Positions 8,823 to 19,234 of a DNA stretch of 64,000 nt are shown one piece after another. Below the pieces are notes generated by a model that saw only the letters and a program-made list of their open reading frames with translations, did not search any database and was not told the origin of the DNA. The stretch is from Calditrichota bacterium (GTDB lineage Bacteria > Electryoneota > RPQS01). The stretch is from the NCBI GenBank assembly GCA_020637395.1, contig JACJWA010000003.1, positions 10,380 to 74,379 on the forward strand, read 5' to 3'. The translations under genes were made by a program, and so were the position numbers. Position 1 is the first letter of the stretch; every line of letters begins with the position of its first letter.

Positions 8823-9839
8823 TTGGAACTGTTAGCCGGAAATAAACCTGTGTCCCAACTGATCGACCGCTTCGGCAGGATACACGACTACTTGAGGATT
8901 TCCGTCACCGATCGCTGCAACCTTCGATGCACCTACTGCATGCCGGTTGAAGGTGTAGACTGGAAACCCTCCGGTCTACTTCTGGAGACCGAAGAGATTG
9001 TGCGCGTCGCCCGCTTAATGGCAGAAATGGGTGTCAAGAAGATCCGGCTGACCGGGGGAGAGCCTACAACACGCAAAGATCTCCCATTACTCGTTTCACG
9101 GCTTGTCGAAGTTCCCGGAATCGAGAAAGTATGTCTTACGACGAACGGTGTGCTCTTTTCAAAGTACGCTCAGGACCTGAAACGTGCCGGATTGTCAAGC
9201 GTAAATATCAGTCTCGACAGCCTGAATCGGGAAAACTTCATCCGAATCGCCCGCCGCGACCTACTTACCAGCGTACTCAAATCATTGAATTCCGCTCTCG
9301 AGTGTGACTACCAACAAGTCAAGCTCAATATGGTAGTAATGGCTGGTATTAACGAACACGAGATGACCGATTTCGTCGAACTTGCTCGCACGAAACCGGT
9401 AAATGTCCGATTCATTGAATACATGCCGTTCAAAGGGAATCGCTGGGATCCTTTCGGCGTTGTAACATACAACGAAATGCGCTCGCGACTCGAAGCGAGA
9501 TATGATCTTCGGGCTCTTCCGGATACATTCATAAGCAACCGTGTGGCGGAGGACTTCATGATCCCTGGATTTCTCGGAAAAGTGAGTTTCATCGCATCGA
9601 TGTCGAATAGCTTTTGCTCGACCTGCTCGCGGCTGCGCTTAACTGCCGACGGAGCGCTTAAGGCTTGCCTCTTTTTCCCTGCGCAAGTTCACCTTCGCGA
9701 GAGCCTTCGGGCAAATCAGTCCGATGAAGTCATCCGGCGTCTGATCGCAGATGCAGTGCTCAGTAAACCGAAAGGTCATCCCGATCCTTCGGAACTCGAG
9801 CAACTAAATGACCTCAGCATGATCGAAATTGGAGGATAA
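8823..9839 (+). CDS. moaA: GTP 3',8-cyclase MoaA (radical SAM)
   Basis: CNLRCTYCMP radical-SAM motif and C-terminal CSTCSRLRLTADG auxiliary cluster motif. TTG start per ORF track; GTG 8850 is an alternative. Confidence 0.9.
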   Translation: MELLAGNKPVSQLIDRFGRIHDYLRISVTDRCNLRCTYCMPVEGVDWKPSGLLLETEEIVRVARLMAEMGVKKIRLTGGEPTTRKDLPLLVSRLVEVPGIEKVCLTTNGVLFSKYAQDLKRAGLSSVNISLDSLNRENFIRIARRDLLTSVLKSLNSALECDYQQVKLNMVVMAGINEHEMTDFVELARTKPVNVRFIEYMPFKGNRWDPFGVVTYNEMRSRLEARYDLRALPDTFISNRVAEDFMIPGFLGKVSFIASMSNSFCSTCSRLRLTADGALKACLFFPAQVHLRESLRANQSDEVIRRLIADAVLSKPKGHPDPSELEQLNDLSMIEIGG

Positions 9840-9843
9840 CGCA

Positions 9844-10365
9844 ATGCCCGCGTCGCAACACGATCATTCAACAACCACAACTTCCGGCAGAGTAGTCGCG
9901 ATTTCGACGAGTATTCGCCGTGGCATTCCCAAATCAAATCGCGAAGAAGTGCGCCTGATAGAAAACTGGGGTCTTGAAGGCGACATTCATGCCGGAGAGT
10001 GGCACAGGCAAGTCAGCTTGCTCGCCATGGAAAGCGTCCAGAAAATGCGGGCCAAAGGAGTGCCCGTTCGCCCGGGTGCTTTTGCCGAGAATATCACAAC
10101 CGAATTTATCGATATCCCCAATCTTACTATCGGTACGCGAGTATCAATTGGGGAATCCGAACTAGAAATCACGCAAATCGGGAAAGAGTGCCATCAAAAG
10201 TGTGCGATCTACTATCGTGCCGGTGATTGCGTAATGCCTCGCGAGGGTATATTCGCAATCGTGAAACGGGGCGGCGTTATTAGGGTAGGCGACGATGTAG
10301 TAGTTCACACAATCCCGAGTGAACATAATCATGTCCAAATCGCACTTTGCGCGGTGAATTCATGA
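9844..10365 (+). CDS. MOSC domain-containing protein
   Basis: ORF 9829..10365 with ATG at 9844. GLEGDIHAGEWHRQVSLL and KECHQKCAIYYRAGDCVMPREGIF resemble the MOSC beta-barrel. ATGA overlap with the next gene. Confidence 0.65.
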   Translation: MPASQHDHSTTTTSGRVVAISTSIRRGIPKSNREEVRLIENWGLEGDIHAGEWHRQVSLLAMESVQKMRAKGVPVRPGAFAENITTEFIDIPNLTIGTRVSIGESELEITQIGKECHQKCAIYYRAGDCVMPREGIFAIVKRGGVIRVGDDVVVHTIPSEHNHVQIALCAVNS

Positions 10366-11165
10366 AGCACATCGTTCTTCTGTCCGCACTATTCTTGTTT
10401 CTCTCCATGAGAAACTCAGTCGCACAAGACTCGGTTTCCGTAACGACAACCGCTGATTTGACCCTATCAGCGGACACAACCGTTCAGGTCGACGTGGCGG
10501 CCCAAAGCTATGCTCAAAAGTGCGCGGGATGTCACACAATCGGGGGCGGAAAACTGACGGGACCGGATCTCCTTCCGACTCGCGCGTGGCCCAAATCGGA
10601 CCTCTCCGCAAAAATAAAACTGATGGAACCGCGAGTTGGCCCCCTGACACAGGAGGACATCGATCAGTTTGTAGACTTGCTTCACGATTCAAGGGCGCAG
10701 GAGCGCGTACACATCGCGCAAGAACTGGCCGCAAAAGCTGTAGCAGCGAAACTCGAACCTGCGTCAAAAAGCGAAGGGCAAAAGCTATTCGAGGGCACTA
10801 CCTCGTTAGCGAATGGAGGCATCGCTTGCATCACTTGTCACACGACAGGCGCACAGGGCGGCACATTTGGTCCTGACCTTACGTCACTGCATACCCGGTT
10901 GAGCAAGGTCGCAATGATATCGGCAATACAACAGACTCAGTACAAGGTAATGTCTGGAACCTATCAAAATCATCCGATTACAGCGCAAGAGGCCGTGCAC
11001 CTTGCAGAGTACCTCACTTCACCGGAGTCGATGCCTAAATCAAGTGCTGAGAAGAATGTGCCTGTTCTTGGCGCTTCGCTCGGAGTCATTGGATTCTTGG
11101 TTGTGGTCGGACTTTACAGAAAGCGCTCGCGCAACAACTTTTCGCGTCAACGAGGCATGGCATGA
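10362..11165 (+). CDS. membrane-anchored dihaem c-type cytochrome (NarC-like position upstream of narG)
   Basis: Signal peptide [15 protein letters not shown]; two CXXCH (CAGCH, CITCH); C-terminal hydrophobic anchor [22 protein letters not shown] overlap with narG. Confidence 0.8.
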   Translation: MKHIVLLSALFLFLSMRNSVAQDSVSVTTTADLTLSADTTVQVDVAAQSYAQKCAGCHTIGGGKLTGPDLLPTRAWPKSDLSAKIKLMEPRVGPLTQEDIDQFVDLLHDSRAQERVHIAQELAAKAVAAKLEPASKSEGQKLFEGTTSLANGGIACITCHTTGAQGGTFGPDLTSLHTRLSKVAMISAIQQTQYKVMSGTYQNHPITAQEAVHLAEYLTSPESMPKSSAEKNVPVLGASLGVIGFLVVVGLYRKRSRNNFSRQRGMA

Positions 11166-14100
11166 GCTGGATTACAGATCTCTTCGACCCCAAGCAGCGG
11201 GAATGGGAAGACCTCTATAGAAACCGCTGGTCGTATGATAAGATTATTCGCAGCACACATGGTGTTAATTGCACGGGCGGTTGCAGTTGGAATATTTACG
11301 TCAAGAACGGCATTGTCACGTGGGAAATGCAAGCTCTTGACTATCCAATAATCGACAAGGATATTCCTCCCTACGAACCTCGCGGCTGTCAACGCGGCAT
11401 CTCGTACTCTTGGTATATCTATAGTCCCATTCGGGTGAAGTATCCCTACGTTCGCGGCGCCCTGATTGATTTGTGGCGCGACGCAAAACGCAATTTCCCC
11501 GACAACCCGGTTGCGGCATGGGACTCTATTGTTTCAAATCCGGAATCCCGCGCTCGCTATCATTCCGCACGTGGCAAAGGCGGATTGCGGCGGTTTAGCT
11601 GGGACGAAGCGCTTGAGATTCTCTCTGCGGCAAATATTCACACGGTGCAGAAGCACGGCCCAGACCGCATCGCTGGCTTCTCGCCGATTCCCGCAATGTC
11701 GATGGTAAGTTACGCCGCCGGAGCGCGCTTCATGCAGCTCATGGGCGGCGTTTCACTTTCGTTCTATGATTGGTACTGCGATTTGCCTCCAGCTTCTCCT
11801 GAGATTTGGGGCGAGCAGACGGACGTCGCAGAAAGTGCGGATTGGTTCAAATCGGGATTTATTGCTGTCGTTGGATCAAATGTCTTGATGACGCGAACTC
11901 CCGACGCGCATTTTCTTGTTGAAGCTCGGCACCGCGGAGCAAAAGTCGTCGTCTTTTCGCCGGATTTCTCGATGGTTTCCAAAGTCTCGGACGAGTGGGT
12001 GCCGATTCATCAGGGACAGGATTCTGCGTTCTGGATGTCCGTGGGGCATACGATTTTACGCGAGAATTATGTCGAACGAAGTGTTCCTTACTTCACGGAC
12101 TACCAGAAACGTTTTACCGACGGTCCGATTCTCGTACAGTTGCACAAACAAGCTGACGGAAGCTTTAAGCCTGGCCAATACCTGCGTGTGTCTCAAGTCG
12201 ATACAATCACTAGGATCGACAAGCCTGATTGGAAATTCTTGATGATAGATTCCAAGAACGGCGAGCTTCGTCTTCCGCAAGGAACCATCGGACATCGCTG
12301 GCAAGACAAGAAGGGTCAATGGAATCTAAAACTCGAAGACGAGCGCACGGGTGAAGAGTTTGATCCGATTTTGACGTTGGATGCAGGCAAAGACGAACTG
12401 GTCACGGTAAGTATTCCTGAGTTCTCTTCCGAAAAGGGCGAAGGACGGATCGAGTCCAAGGTTCCTGTCCGCAAGATTCAGTCGTCGCAGGGCGATATCT
12501 ATGTGACAACAGCTTTTGAATTGTTGATCGCAAGTTACGGTGTAAGCCGCAACTCGACCAAGCCGATTCCATACGACGAGCCCGATCATTGCTATACGCC
12601 GGCATGGCAAGAAAAATTTACGGGCGTGTCCGGTGATGTCGTACTTCGCTTCGCTCGCAACTGGGCGACCACTGCTGAAAAGACAAATGGCCGCTGCAGC
12701 GTTATCATAGGCGCTGGTGTGAACCATTGGTACCATAATAATCTGATTTACAGATCGATTATCTCGAGCCTCATGTTATGCGGCTGTGTCGGGAAAAATG
12801 GCGGCGGACTCAACCACTATGTTGGACAGGAGAAACTTGTTCCGCAGACATCGTGGGCGCCGATCGCGTTCGGTACCGATTGGTCCGCACCTCCTCGTTT
12901 ACAAAACACGCCATCCTTCCACTATGTCCACTCGGATCAATGGCGCTACGACGGAAAGATGGACGAAGTCTGCCCTGTCGCGGATCGTTCGCACTCAATG
13001 GCTTCCGGTCACACAATTGACCGGCAAATTCAGGCAGTGCGCGCGGGGTGGCTTCCTTCGTATCCCCAATTCGATCAATCCTCGATTGAAGTGGCTCGTG
13101 AAGCGCGGCAAAACGGTGCCGAAGATGAAGCGTCAATTATCAAGAATGTCGTTGACCGTTTGAAATCTAAGAAACTCAAGTTTGCAGTCGAGGATCCCGA
13201 CTCTCCGAAGTGTTTCCCGAGAATCTTCTATATCTGGCGGGGCAATGCGTTGATGTCTTCAGCGAAAGGACATGAGTATTTCCTAAAGCACTATCTCGGG
13301 ACACACACGAATCTCATCGCTACGGAGCGCGCGAAGGAACTCGTCGAGGATGTGACATGGCACGATAAGGTCGAACTCGGCAAAATGGACTTGGTAGTTG
13401 ACCTCAACTACCGAATGGACTCATCTGCACTCTATTCGGACATCATTTTGCCGGCGGCAACGTACTATGAGAAGAATGATCTCAACTCGACGGACATGCA
13501 CAGTTTCATTCATCCGTTGCAGGCCGCCGTTCCTCCTTGTTGGGAATCCAAAAGCGACTGGGATATATTCCGCGAGATCGCGCGTGCAACATCGAAACTG
13601 GCAGAGAAACACCTCCCGGATCCCGTCGATGATGTCGTGACTGCGCCACTCGCGCACGACACACCGGCTGAAATTGCACAACCGACGGTCAAGGATTGGT
13701 CAAAAGGCGAGTGCGAAGCGATCCCTGGCAAAACGATGCCCGCCATGAAAGTTGTCAAACGCGACTACAAGAATGTCTTTAACAAATTTGTAAGTCTTGG
13801 GCCAAATTTCAGAAACGGGCTCGGCATGCACGGTCTTCAGTTTGAAGTCGCGGACATGTACGATTCCTACATGGAAAATAACCCTACAGAAAAATGGGGC
13901 GGCAAAGAGTACCCCTCATTACGTGAAGATGTTCTGGTTTGCGAAGCGATTTTGAATTTCGCACCCGAGACAAACGGCGAGCTGGCTTTCCGTGCCTACA
14001 AAGCTGAGGCGGTCAAAACTGGAATAGATCACTCGCATGCTGCCGAAAAGACTCGCTCAGTTCGCATTACGTTTGAAGACATCTCAGCCCAACCTCGGAG

Positions 14101-14785
14101 AATTCTTACCACACCATTTTGGACGGGTGTTACTAGCGACAACAGGACCTATTCGGCGTACTGTCAAAATGTGGAAGGAGATATTCCGTGGCGCACGCTT
14201 AGTGGAAGACAGCACTACTATCTCGACCATGAAACGTATATCGCATACGGAGAAAACCTTCCCACGTACAAACCTCGTCCGGCGCGAGAAATTCTCGGTG
14301 ATTTGAAAATGTCAAAACCGGCCGGTGGAACACTGGTGCTGAACTATTTGACCCCCCACGGGAAATGGTCCATCCACTCAACTTACGGCGATACTCTTAG
14401 AATGCGCACGCTCAGCCGAGGGCACGATCCAATTTGGATCAATGATAAGGACGCATTGCTTCTTGGCGTAGATGACAATGATTGGGTTGAAATCTTCAAT
14501 GATCACGGAGTGGTGTGCACATGCGCGAACGTCAGCGCGCGAATCCCTCGAGGCATGTGTTTTATTTACCACTCTCCGGAACGTACAATCGGTATTCCAA
14601 AGTCGCCCGAACGCGGAAACCGCCGAGCTGGTGGTCACAACAGCCTTACGCGCGCGCGGCTGAAGCCACTCTTTATGATCGGCGGATATGGACAATTTAC
14701 ATATGCCTTCAATTACTGGGGTCCTCCCGGAGTGAATCGGGATACTTTTGTGGCAGTCAAGAAACTCGATAAAATAGACTATTAG
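11162..14785 (+). CDS. narG: respiratory nitrate reductase alpha subunit NarG
   Basis: 1207 aa. N-terminal [26 protein letters not shown] (FS0 HxxxCxxxC motif) is near-identical in pattern to E. coli NarG. No Tat signal. Confidence 0.97.
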   Translation: MSWITDLFDPKQREWEDLYRNRWSYDKIIRSTHGVNCTGGCSWNIYVKNGIVTWEMQALDYPIIDKDIPPYEPRGCQRGISYSWYIYSPIRVKYPYVRGALIDLWRDAKRNFPDNPVAAWDSIVSNPESRARYHSARGKGGLRRFSWDEALEILSAANIHTVQKHGPDRIAGFSPIPAMSMVSYAAGARFMQLMGGVSLSFYDWYCDLPPASPEIWGEQTDVAESADWFKSGFIAVVGSNVLMTRTPDAHFLVEARHRGAKVVVFSPDFSMVSKVSDEWVPIHQGQDSAFWMSVGHTILRENYVERSVPYFTDYQKRFTDGPILVQLHKQADGSFKPGQYLRVSQVDTITRIDKPDWKFLMIDSKNGELRLPQGTIGHRWQDKKGQWNLKLEDERTGEEFDPILTLDAGKDELVTVSIPEFSSEKGEGRIESKVPVRKIQSSQGDIYVTTAFELLIASYGVSRNSTKPIPYDEPDHCYTPAWQEKFTGVSGDVVLRFARNWATTAEKTNGRCSVIIGAGVNHWYHNNLIYRSIISSLMLCGCVGKNGGGLNHYVGQEKLVPQTSWAPIAFGTDWSAPPRLQNTPSFHYVHSDQWRYDGKMDEVCPVADRSHSMASGHTIDRQIQAVRAGWLPSYPQFDQSSIEVAREARQNGAEDEASIIKNVVDRLKSKKLKFAVEDPDSPKCFPRIFYIWRGNALMSSAKGHEYFLKHYLGTHTNLIATERAKELVEDVTWHDKVELGKMDLVVDLNYRMDSSALYSDIILPAATYYEKNDLNSTDMHSFIHPLQAAVPPCWESKSDWDIFREIARATSKLAEKHLPDPVDDVVTAPLAHDTPAEIAQPTVKDWSKGECEAIPGKTMPAMKVVKRDYKNVFNKFVSLGPNFRNGLGMHGLQFEVADMYDSYMENNPTEKWGGKEYPSLREDVLVCEAILNFAPETNGELAFRAYKAEAVKTGIDHSHAAEKTRSVRITFEDISAQPRRILTTPFWTGVTSDNRTYSAYCQNVEGDIPWRTLSGRQHYYLDHETYIAYGENLPTYKPRPAREILGDLKMSKPAGGTLVLNYLTPHGKWSIHSTYGDTLRMRTLSRGHDPIWINDKDALLLGVDDNDWVEIFNDHGVVCTCANVSARIPRGMCFIYHSPERTIGIPKSPERGNRRAGGHNSLTRARLKPLFMIGGYGQFTYAFNYWGPPGVNRDTFVAVKKLDKIDY

Positions 14786-14794
14786 AGGTGAACA

Positions 14795-16285
14795 ATGGAC
14801 ATTAGAGCACAAGTCTCAATGGTGTTTCACCTCGACAAATGTATCGGATGTCATACGTGCAGCATCGCATGTAAGAACATCTGGACTGACCGACCGGGCG
14901 CAGAATACATGTGGTGGAACAACGTCGAAACGAAGCCGGGAACGGGTTTTCCGCACCGTTGGGAAGATCAGGAGCGCTATAAAGGCGGCTGGAAACTAAA
15001 CGGAAGTAAATCGCTTCAGTTGAAATCGCAGTCCAAATTGAGCGGGCTGCTGAAGCTCTTCTACAACCCAAATCAACCGGGACTTGAAGATTACTACGAA
15101 CCGTGGACGTACGAGTACGAGAATCTCTTTGACGCTCCAGAGGGCGACGATCAGCCGACAGCCAGACCGGTATCTCAGATTACCGGTGAAGAAATGAAGA
15201 TCGAGGCTGGTCCGAATTGGGATGACGATCTGTCAGGCTCTCCCGTCTACGCCGCGAATGATGTAAACTACGACGGACTTACTCCAGAGGAACGGCAGCA
15301 ACTGTTCGAGATTCAGCGAGTCGCGTTCATGTATCTGCCGCGAATTTGTAATCACTGCGCCAACCCGAGTTGTGTGGCATCTTGTCCATCAGGCGCACTT
15401 TACAAACGCGGCGAAGATGGAATCGTGCTGATCAATCAGGACGTTTGCCGCGGCTGGCGCGCCTGCGTCTCAGCTTGCCCGTACAAGAAGATCTACTATA
15501 ATTGGGTAACAGGAAAATCTGAGAAGTGCATTCTGTGTTACCCACGTCTTGAAACCGGACAGGCTCCCGCTTGCTTCCATTCCTGCGTGGGCCGAATTCG
15601 CTATCTTGGCGTTCTTCTATACGACGCAGATCGTATCGAAACAGCAATGAAAACGGCTGATCCGTTGTTGGTCGAGGCGCAGCGTGACGTAATCTGCGAC
15701 CCTAATGATGAAAATGTCATCGCAAGTGCGCGCGCAAATGGAATCAGCGATGAGTTTCTTGAAGCTGCGCGCAAATCTCCCGTGTACAAATACGTCGTTA
15801 AGTGGAAACTTGCTCTTCCGTTACACATCGAGTATCGAACTATGCCGATGCTCTTCTATGTCCCGCCGCTCTTGCCGGTTATGGGAAAAGACGGCGATCA
15901 ACCGTATGATCATGCGGATCAAACGTTGTTTAGCTCTTTGGACAAAGCAAGACTTTCGATCAAATACATGGCTCGCCTCTTCAGTGCTGGAAACGAAGCA
16001 GTGGTTACGGCCGCCCTCAGAAAACTAATGGCCGTCAGATACTACAAACGTATGCAGGATGTCGGAGATGTGGACGATGACAATGTTCGCAGAATCATGC
16101 GCGAAGCTGGCACGACACCCGAAGAAGCGGAAGAAATCTACAGTCTGACTGCTATCCCGACTGTGCACAAGCGGTACGTCCTTCCGCCACTGCAACGAGA
16201 GGAAGCAATCGGTTCGCTCTGCGACGTTCAGGATTGCAAAGGCAGTTGCGGCTACATCAAGCAAGCCGGCGCGGGGAGGAAATAG
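14795..16285 (+). CDS. narH: respiratory nitrate reductase beta subunit NarH
   Basis: 496 aa. Ferredoxin-type Cys groups (CIGCHTCSIACK, CNHCANPSCVASCP, CRGWRACVSACP, CILCYPR). Confidence 0.95.
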   Translation: MDIRAQVSMVFHLDKCIGCHTCSIACKNIWTDRPGAEYMWWNNVETKPGTGFPHRWEDQERYKGGWKLNGSKSLQLKSQSKLSGLLKLFYNPNQPGLEDYYEPWTYEYENLFDAPEGDDQPTARPVSQITGEEMKIEAGPNWDDDLSGSPVYAANDVNYDGLTPEERQQLFEIQRVAFMYLPRICNHCANPSCVASCPSGALYKRGEDGIVLINQDVCRGWRACVSACPYKKIYYNWVTGKSEKCILCYPRLETGQAPACFHSCVGRIRYLGVLLYDADRIETAMKTADPLLVEAQRDVICDPNDENVIASARANGISDEFLEAARKSPVYKYVVKWKLALPLHIEYRTMPMLFYVPPLLPVMGKDGDQPYDHADQTLFSSLDKARLSIKYMARLFSAGNEAVVTAALRKLMAVRYYKRMQDVGDVDDDNVRRIMREAGTTPEEAEEIYSLTAIPTVHKRYVLPPLQREEAIGSLCDVQDCKGSCGYIKQAGAGRK

Positions 16286-16286
16286 T

Positions 16287-16823
16287 ATGTCTCGATTTAT
16301 CGTCGGTAACAATTTCGAGCAACTTGCTGTACTGCTCAGCCATCCTCAAGTCAACTATCTGGAGCTTGCCCAGGCTCTCGCGGAAGCCGTGGACTCAAAA
16401 CACGCAACCCGGCACATCAAAGCTTTTCTTAAGGAAATAGAATCGCTCTCGATCACTGATCTTCAAGAGCTGTATTCGAAGACCTTTGATTTGAATCCGG
16501 TTACGTCACCCGCCTTAAGTGTCCACCTCTTTGGAGTGGAAAGTTTCAAGAGGTCGCACTTGATGGTCGGGCTGCTCGACATGTATCGCAAGACTGCGTA
16601 TGTTTCCACAGGCGAGTCTGCCGACCACATGAGCACAGTAATTGGGTTTCTACCATGCGCTTCTGTGGTCGACCGCAAAGAACTTTCGACATACGTAATT
16701 TTACCCGGGCTGATGAAAATGGCGGAGTTTCTGGCTTCGAAAAACAATCCATTCGCGCATCTACTCAAAGCGGCTTGCGAAATCGTTGAGACCGAGGCAG
16801 GAAAGGAGGCCGTCTATGCTTGA
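16287..16823 (+). CDS. narJ: nitrate reductase Mo-cofactor assembly chaperone NarJ
   Basis: 178 aa, TorD/NarJ-like (LQELYSKTFDLNP...ADHMSTVIGFL); in the narJ position between narH and narI. Confidence 0.8.
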   Translation: MSRFIVGNNFEQLAVLLSHPQVNYLELAQALAEAVDSKHATRHIKAFLKEIESLSITDLQELYSKTFDLNPVTSPALSVHLFGVESFKRSHLMVGLLDMYRKTAYVSTGESADHMSTVIGFLPCASVVDRKELSTYVILPGLMKMAEFLASKNNPFAHLLKAACEIVETEAGKEAVYA

Positions 16824-18132
16824 GCTGTTCCTGTTCGTTGGCCTGCCGTACGCGGCCACGATCGTCTGTATCGTCGGAACCGTCCGGCGATTCAAATATG
16901 ATCGCTATGGAATCACGACGCTGTCTTCTCAATTTCTTGAAGGCAAGAAAATGCTTTGGGGTTCCGCTCCTTGGCACATCGGAATATTGACAGTATTCTT
17001 GGGTCATTTTGTCGCTTTTCTTGTTCCGGGTGTGTGGCAACGGCTGATGGCAATTCCTTCGCTGCTTACCATAGCGGAGACTCTTGGCATGGCCGCAAGC
17101 CTTATTTGCCTTGTCGGTTTGATAGTACTCATATTTCGTCGCGCTACTACAGCACGGTTGCAGAAGACAACAAAGCTTGCCGATTTCATAGTTGCATTGC
17201 TCTTGCTTGGGCAAATCGCTTTGGGGTTAATGATCGCCGGTGGTTTCCGGTGGGGTGCAAGCTGGTCCACCGGCACCTTAGCCCCGTACATTTGGAGCCT
17301 CATAACACTCGGCCCCGACATCTCGGTCATTCGCGACATGCCCGTAATTATTCAGGCGCATATTGTCGGTGCGTGGTTAATTGTCTTTATTTTCCCGTTT
17401 ACTCGGTTGATTCATATGATCACGGTTCCCATACACTACTTGATGCGATCGCCGCAAAAAGTAGTATGGACAAACCCGCGCCGCAATGCGAGTGCTGTTG
17501 TCGCCCGGGCGGACCAGAACTCCCGCAGACACTTTATCAAAGCCTCTCTCGGGTTGAGCGCCGCCGGATTGCTGCTCTCCGTCGGAGTGCTTGACAAACT
17601 TGGTCGTTTTTTTCAAATGCCCGGTTTGCATCATGACGAGGAAGCAGATCTACTTGAAACTCGGCTGCGGCGGTTGCAGTTAACTGCCGAAGAGAAACAA
17701 CTCGAATTAGAGCGCTTGCGCAGCAATGAAATCTACGTCTCCAAGCTTTCCGACCTGAATGGATCGACGGGAAAGTATTTCATTGACTATGCAATGCGAC
17801 CCGGCCTTGCTTTTAGATCAGAAGACGGTTGGCCGATGCTGCTCTCTGCCAAATGCACGCATCTCGGCTGCACCGTCGGAAATCAGGTTGACGCAAATGG
17901 CAAGATACTGTGTCCGTGCCATGTCTCGTATTTCGACGTAAAGACTGGATTGCCAAATGAAGGCGCTCCGGCGAAAGCTCCGCTCGACCGCATCGCGTGG
18001 ATTGTTCGCGACGAACAGGGTGCGGAGATCGCGACGGAAAGTTCGCGTGGTTCCCGGACCGGCCGAATTGATCCGCAAATGGCTGAATACTATTCCCTCT
18101 ACATCGTAAGATCACTCTCGGCGGAGGCATGA
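16816..18132 (+). CDS. narI: fusion protein: nitrate reductase gamma subunit NarI (dihaem b) + internal twin-Arg anchor helix + Rieske [2Fe-2S] domain
   Basis: ORF 16786..18132 with ATG 16816 (8-nt overlap with narJ). NarI His ligands in PWHIG/LGHFV and QAHIVG/RLIHM; NSRRHFIKASLGLSAAGLLLSVGVL; Rieske boxes CTHLGC (17854) and CPCH (17911). One continuous frame. Confidence 0.85.
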   Translation: MLELFLFVGLPYAATIVCIVGTVRRFKYDRYGITTLSSQFLEGKKMLWGSAPWHIGILTVFLGHFVAFLVPGVWQRLMAIPSLLTIAETLGMAASLICLVGLIVLIFRRATTARLQKTTKLADFIVALLLLGQIALGLMIAGGFRWGASWSTGTLAPYIWSLITLGPDISVIRDMPVIIQAHIVGAWLIVFIFPFTRLIHMITVPIHYLMRSPQKVVWTNPRRNASAVVARADQNSRRHFIKASLGLSAAGLLLSVGVLDKLGRFFQMPGLHHDEEADLLETRLRRLQLTAEEKQLELERLRSNEIYVSKLSDLNGSTGKYFIDYAMRPGLAFRSEDGWPMLLSAKCTHLGCTVGNQVDANGKILCPCHVSYFDVKTGLPNEGAPAKAPLDRIAWIVRDEQGAEIATESSRGSRTGRIDPQMAEYYSLYIVRSLSAEA

Positions 18133-19229
18133 TGAAGAGATCGTTTGTCGCGTCCACATTTGATTTTCTTTCCTCACGGCTTCCCATTGAGAAGTTAAGC
18201 TTTAAGCACATGGTGACGGAGAAGGATGTTCCCGTTCATCGCATGTCGTGGGGATACTACGTCGGGGGATTGGCGCTCTTCTTTTTCATCATCCAAGTAG
18301 TGACAGGGCTGATGCTCCTGTTTTATTACGAACCAACGGTCAGTGAAGCGCACGAGTCCGTGGAGTACATCACCCATTTTGTCACGATGGGTGCACTCGT
18401 CAGAAATCTTCACGCGTGGTCAGCGTCGTTCATGATCTTCTGTGTCATCACTCACATGCTAACGTCGCTCGCAATGAAGGCGTTTGCAAAGCCGCGTGAG
18501 ATTACATGGATCGCGGGTGTCCTGTTGCTGCTTGTTACTTTCGGATTCGGATTCACCGGCTATCTTCTTCCTTGGAATCAAATCGCAGTAAATGCGACCA
18601 AGGTTGGATTAGCCTCAATCGATCAGGTGGGACAGTATTTGCCGGCGGCTCTCTCTCACCTCGCTGAGGATGTACGCGTGACGATTCAGGGTGCGCCTGC
18701 AATCGGTCAGGCGACACTGAGTCGCTTCTTCGCGTTGCATGTTGTAATTCTTCCGCTGCTCGTACTTGGAGTGATCGGGCTGCATTTGTTGTCAGTTCAA
18801 CTTCACGGAATGAGTCCAGGAATCGAGGAGAAGCCCGTCCGCAAAGAGAAGTTTTTCCCGTTTTTCATTCTGAAGGACTTCAAAGAGTGGGGAATCGCGT
18901 TTCTCGTCGTCTTTGTGCTCGCACTTTGTTTGCCCTTCGATTCACTCTTTCCATACCCGCTGCTCGAACCCTACAACGCTCTCGGATCCACTCCGGACGG
19001 TATCAAGCCTGAATGGTATTTCTACTTCGTCTATTACCCAATGGAGCTGCTTCCCTTCTGGATCATTATTGTCGTCATGACTACGGCGAATCTCGGGCTA
19101 TTTGCGGCGCCCTGGATATTCAAAGGTGCGAGTCACAAATTTATGCGCTGGATTGCATCGGCGATTGCGGCGTATTTGATTATCATGACTCTGTTTGGCG
19201 AAAGCATTTATCACGCCATTAAGGGATAA
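18129..19229 (+). CDS. cytochrome b of a Rieske/cyt b (bc1/b6f-type) complex, b6 core plus subunit-IV part in one protein
   Basis: 366 aa. His pairs in LHAWSASFMIFCVITH and LHVVILPLLVLGVIGLH; TGYLLPWNQ; Qo-site PEWY motif (PEWYFYF). ATGA overlap with the upstream gene. Confidence 0.9.
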   Translation: MMKRSFVASTFDFLSSRLPIEKLSFKHMVTEKDVPVHRMSWGYYVGGLALFFFIIQVVTGLMLLFYYEPTVSEAHESVEYITHFVTMGALVRNLHAWSASFMIFCVITHMLTSLAMKAFAKPREITWIAGVLLLLVTFGFGFTGYLLPWNQIAVNATKVGLASIDQVGQYLPAALSHLAEDVRVTIQGAPAIGQATLSRFFALHVVILPLLVLGVIGLHLLSVQLHGMSPGIEEKPVRKEKFFPFFILKDFKEWGIAFLVVFVLALCLPFDSLFPYPLLEPYNALGSTPDGIKPEWYFYFVYYPMELLPFWIIIVVMTTANLGLFAAPWIFKGASHKFMRWIASAIAAYLIIMTLFGESIYHAIKG

Positions 19230-19234
19230 TAGCT

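Noticed and set aside
16956-17594. 212-aa ORF in another plus frame inside the narI::Rieske gene
   Set aside because: Alternative frame of a gene with clear NarI His ligands and helices. The product is Cys/Arg-rich without motifs.
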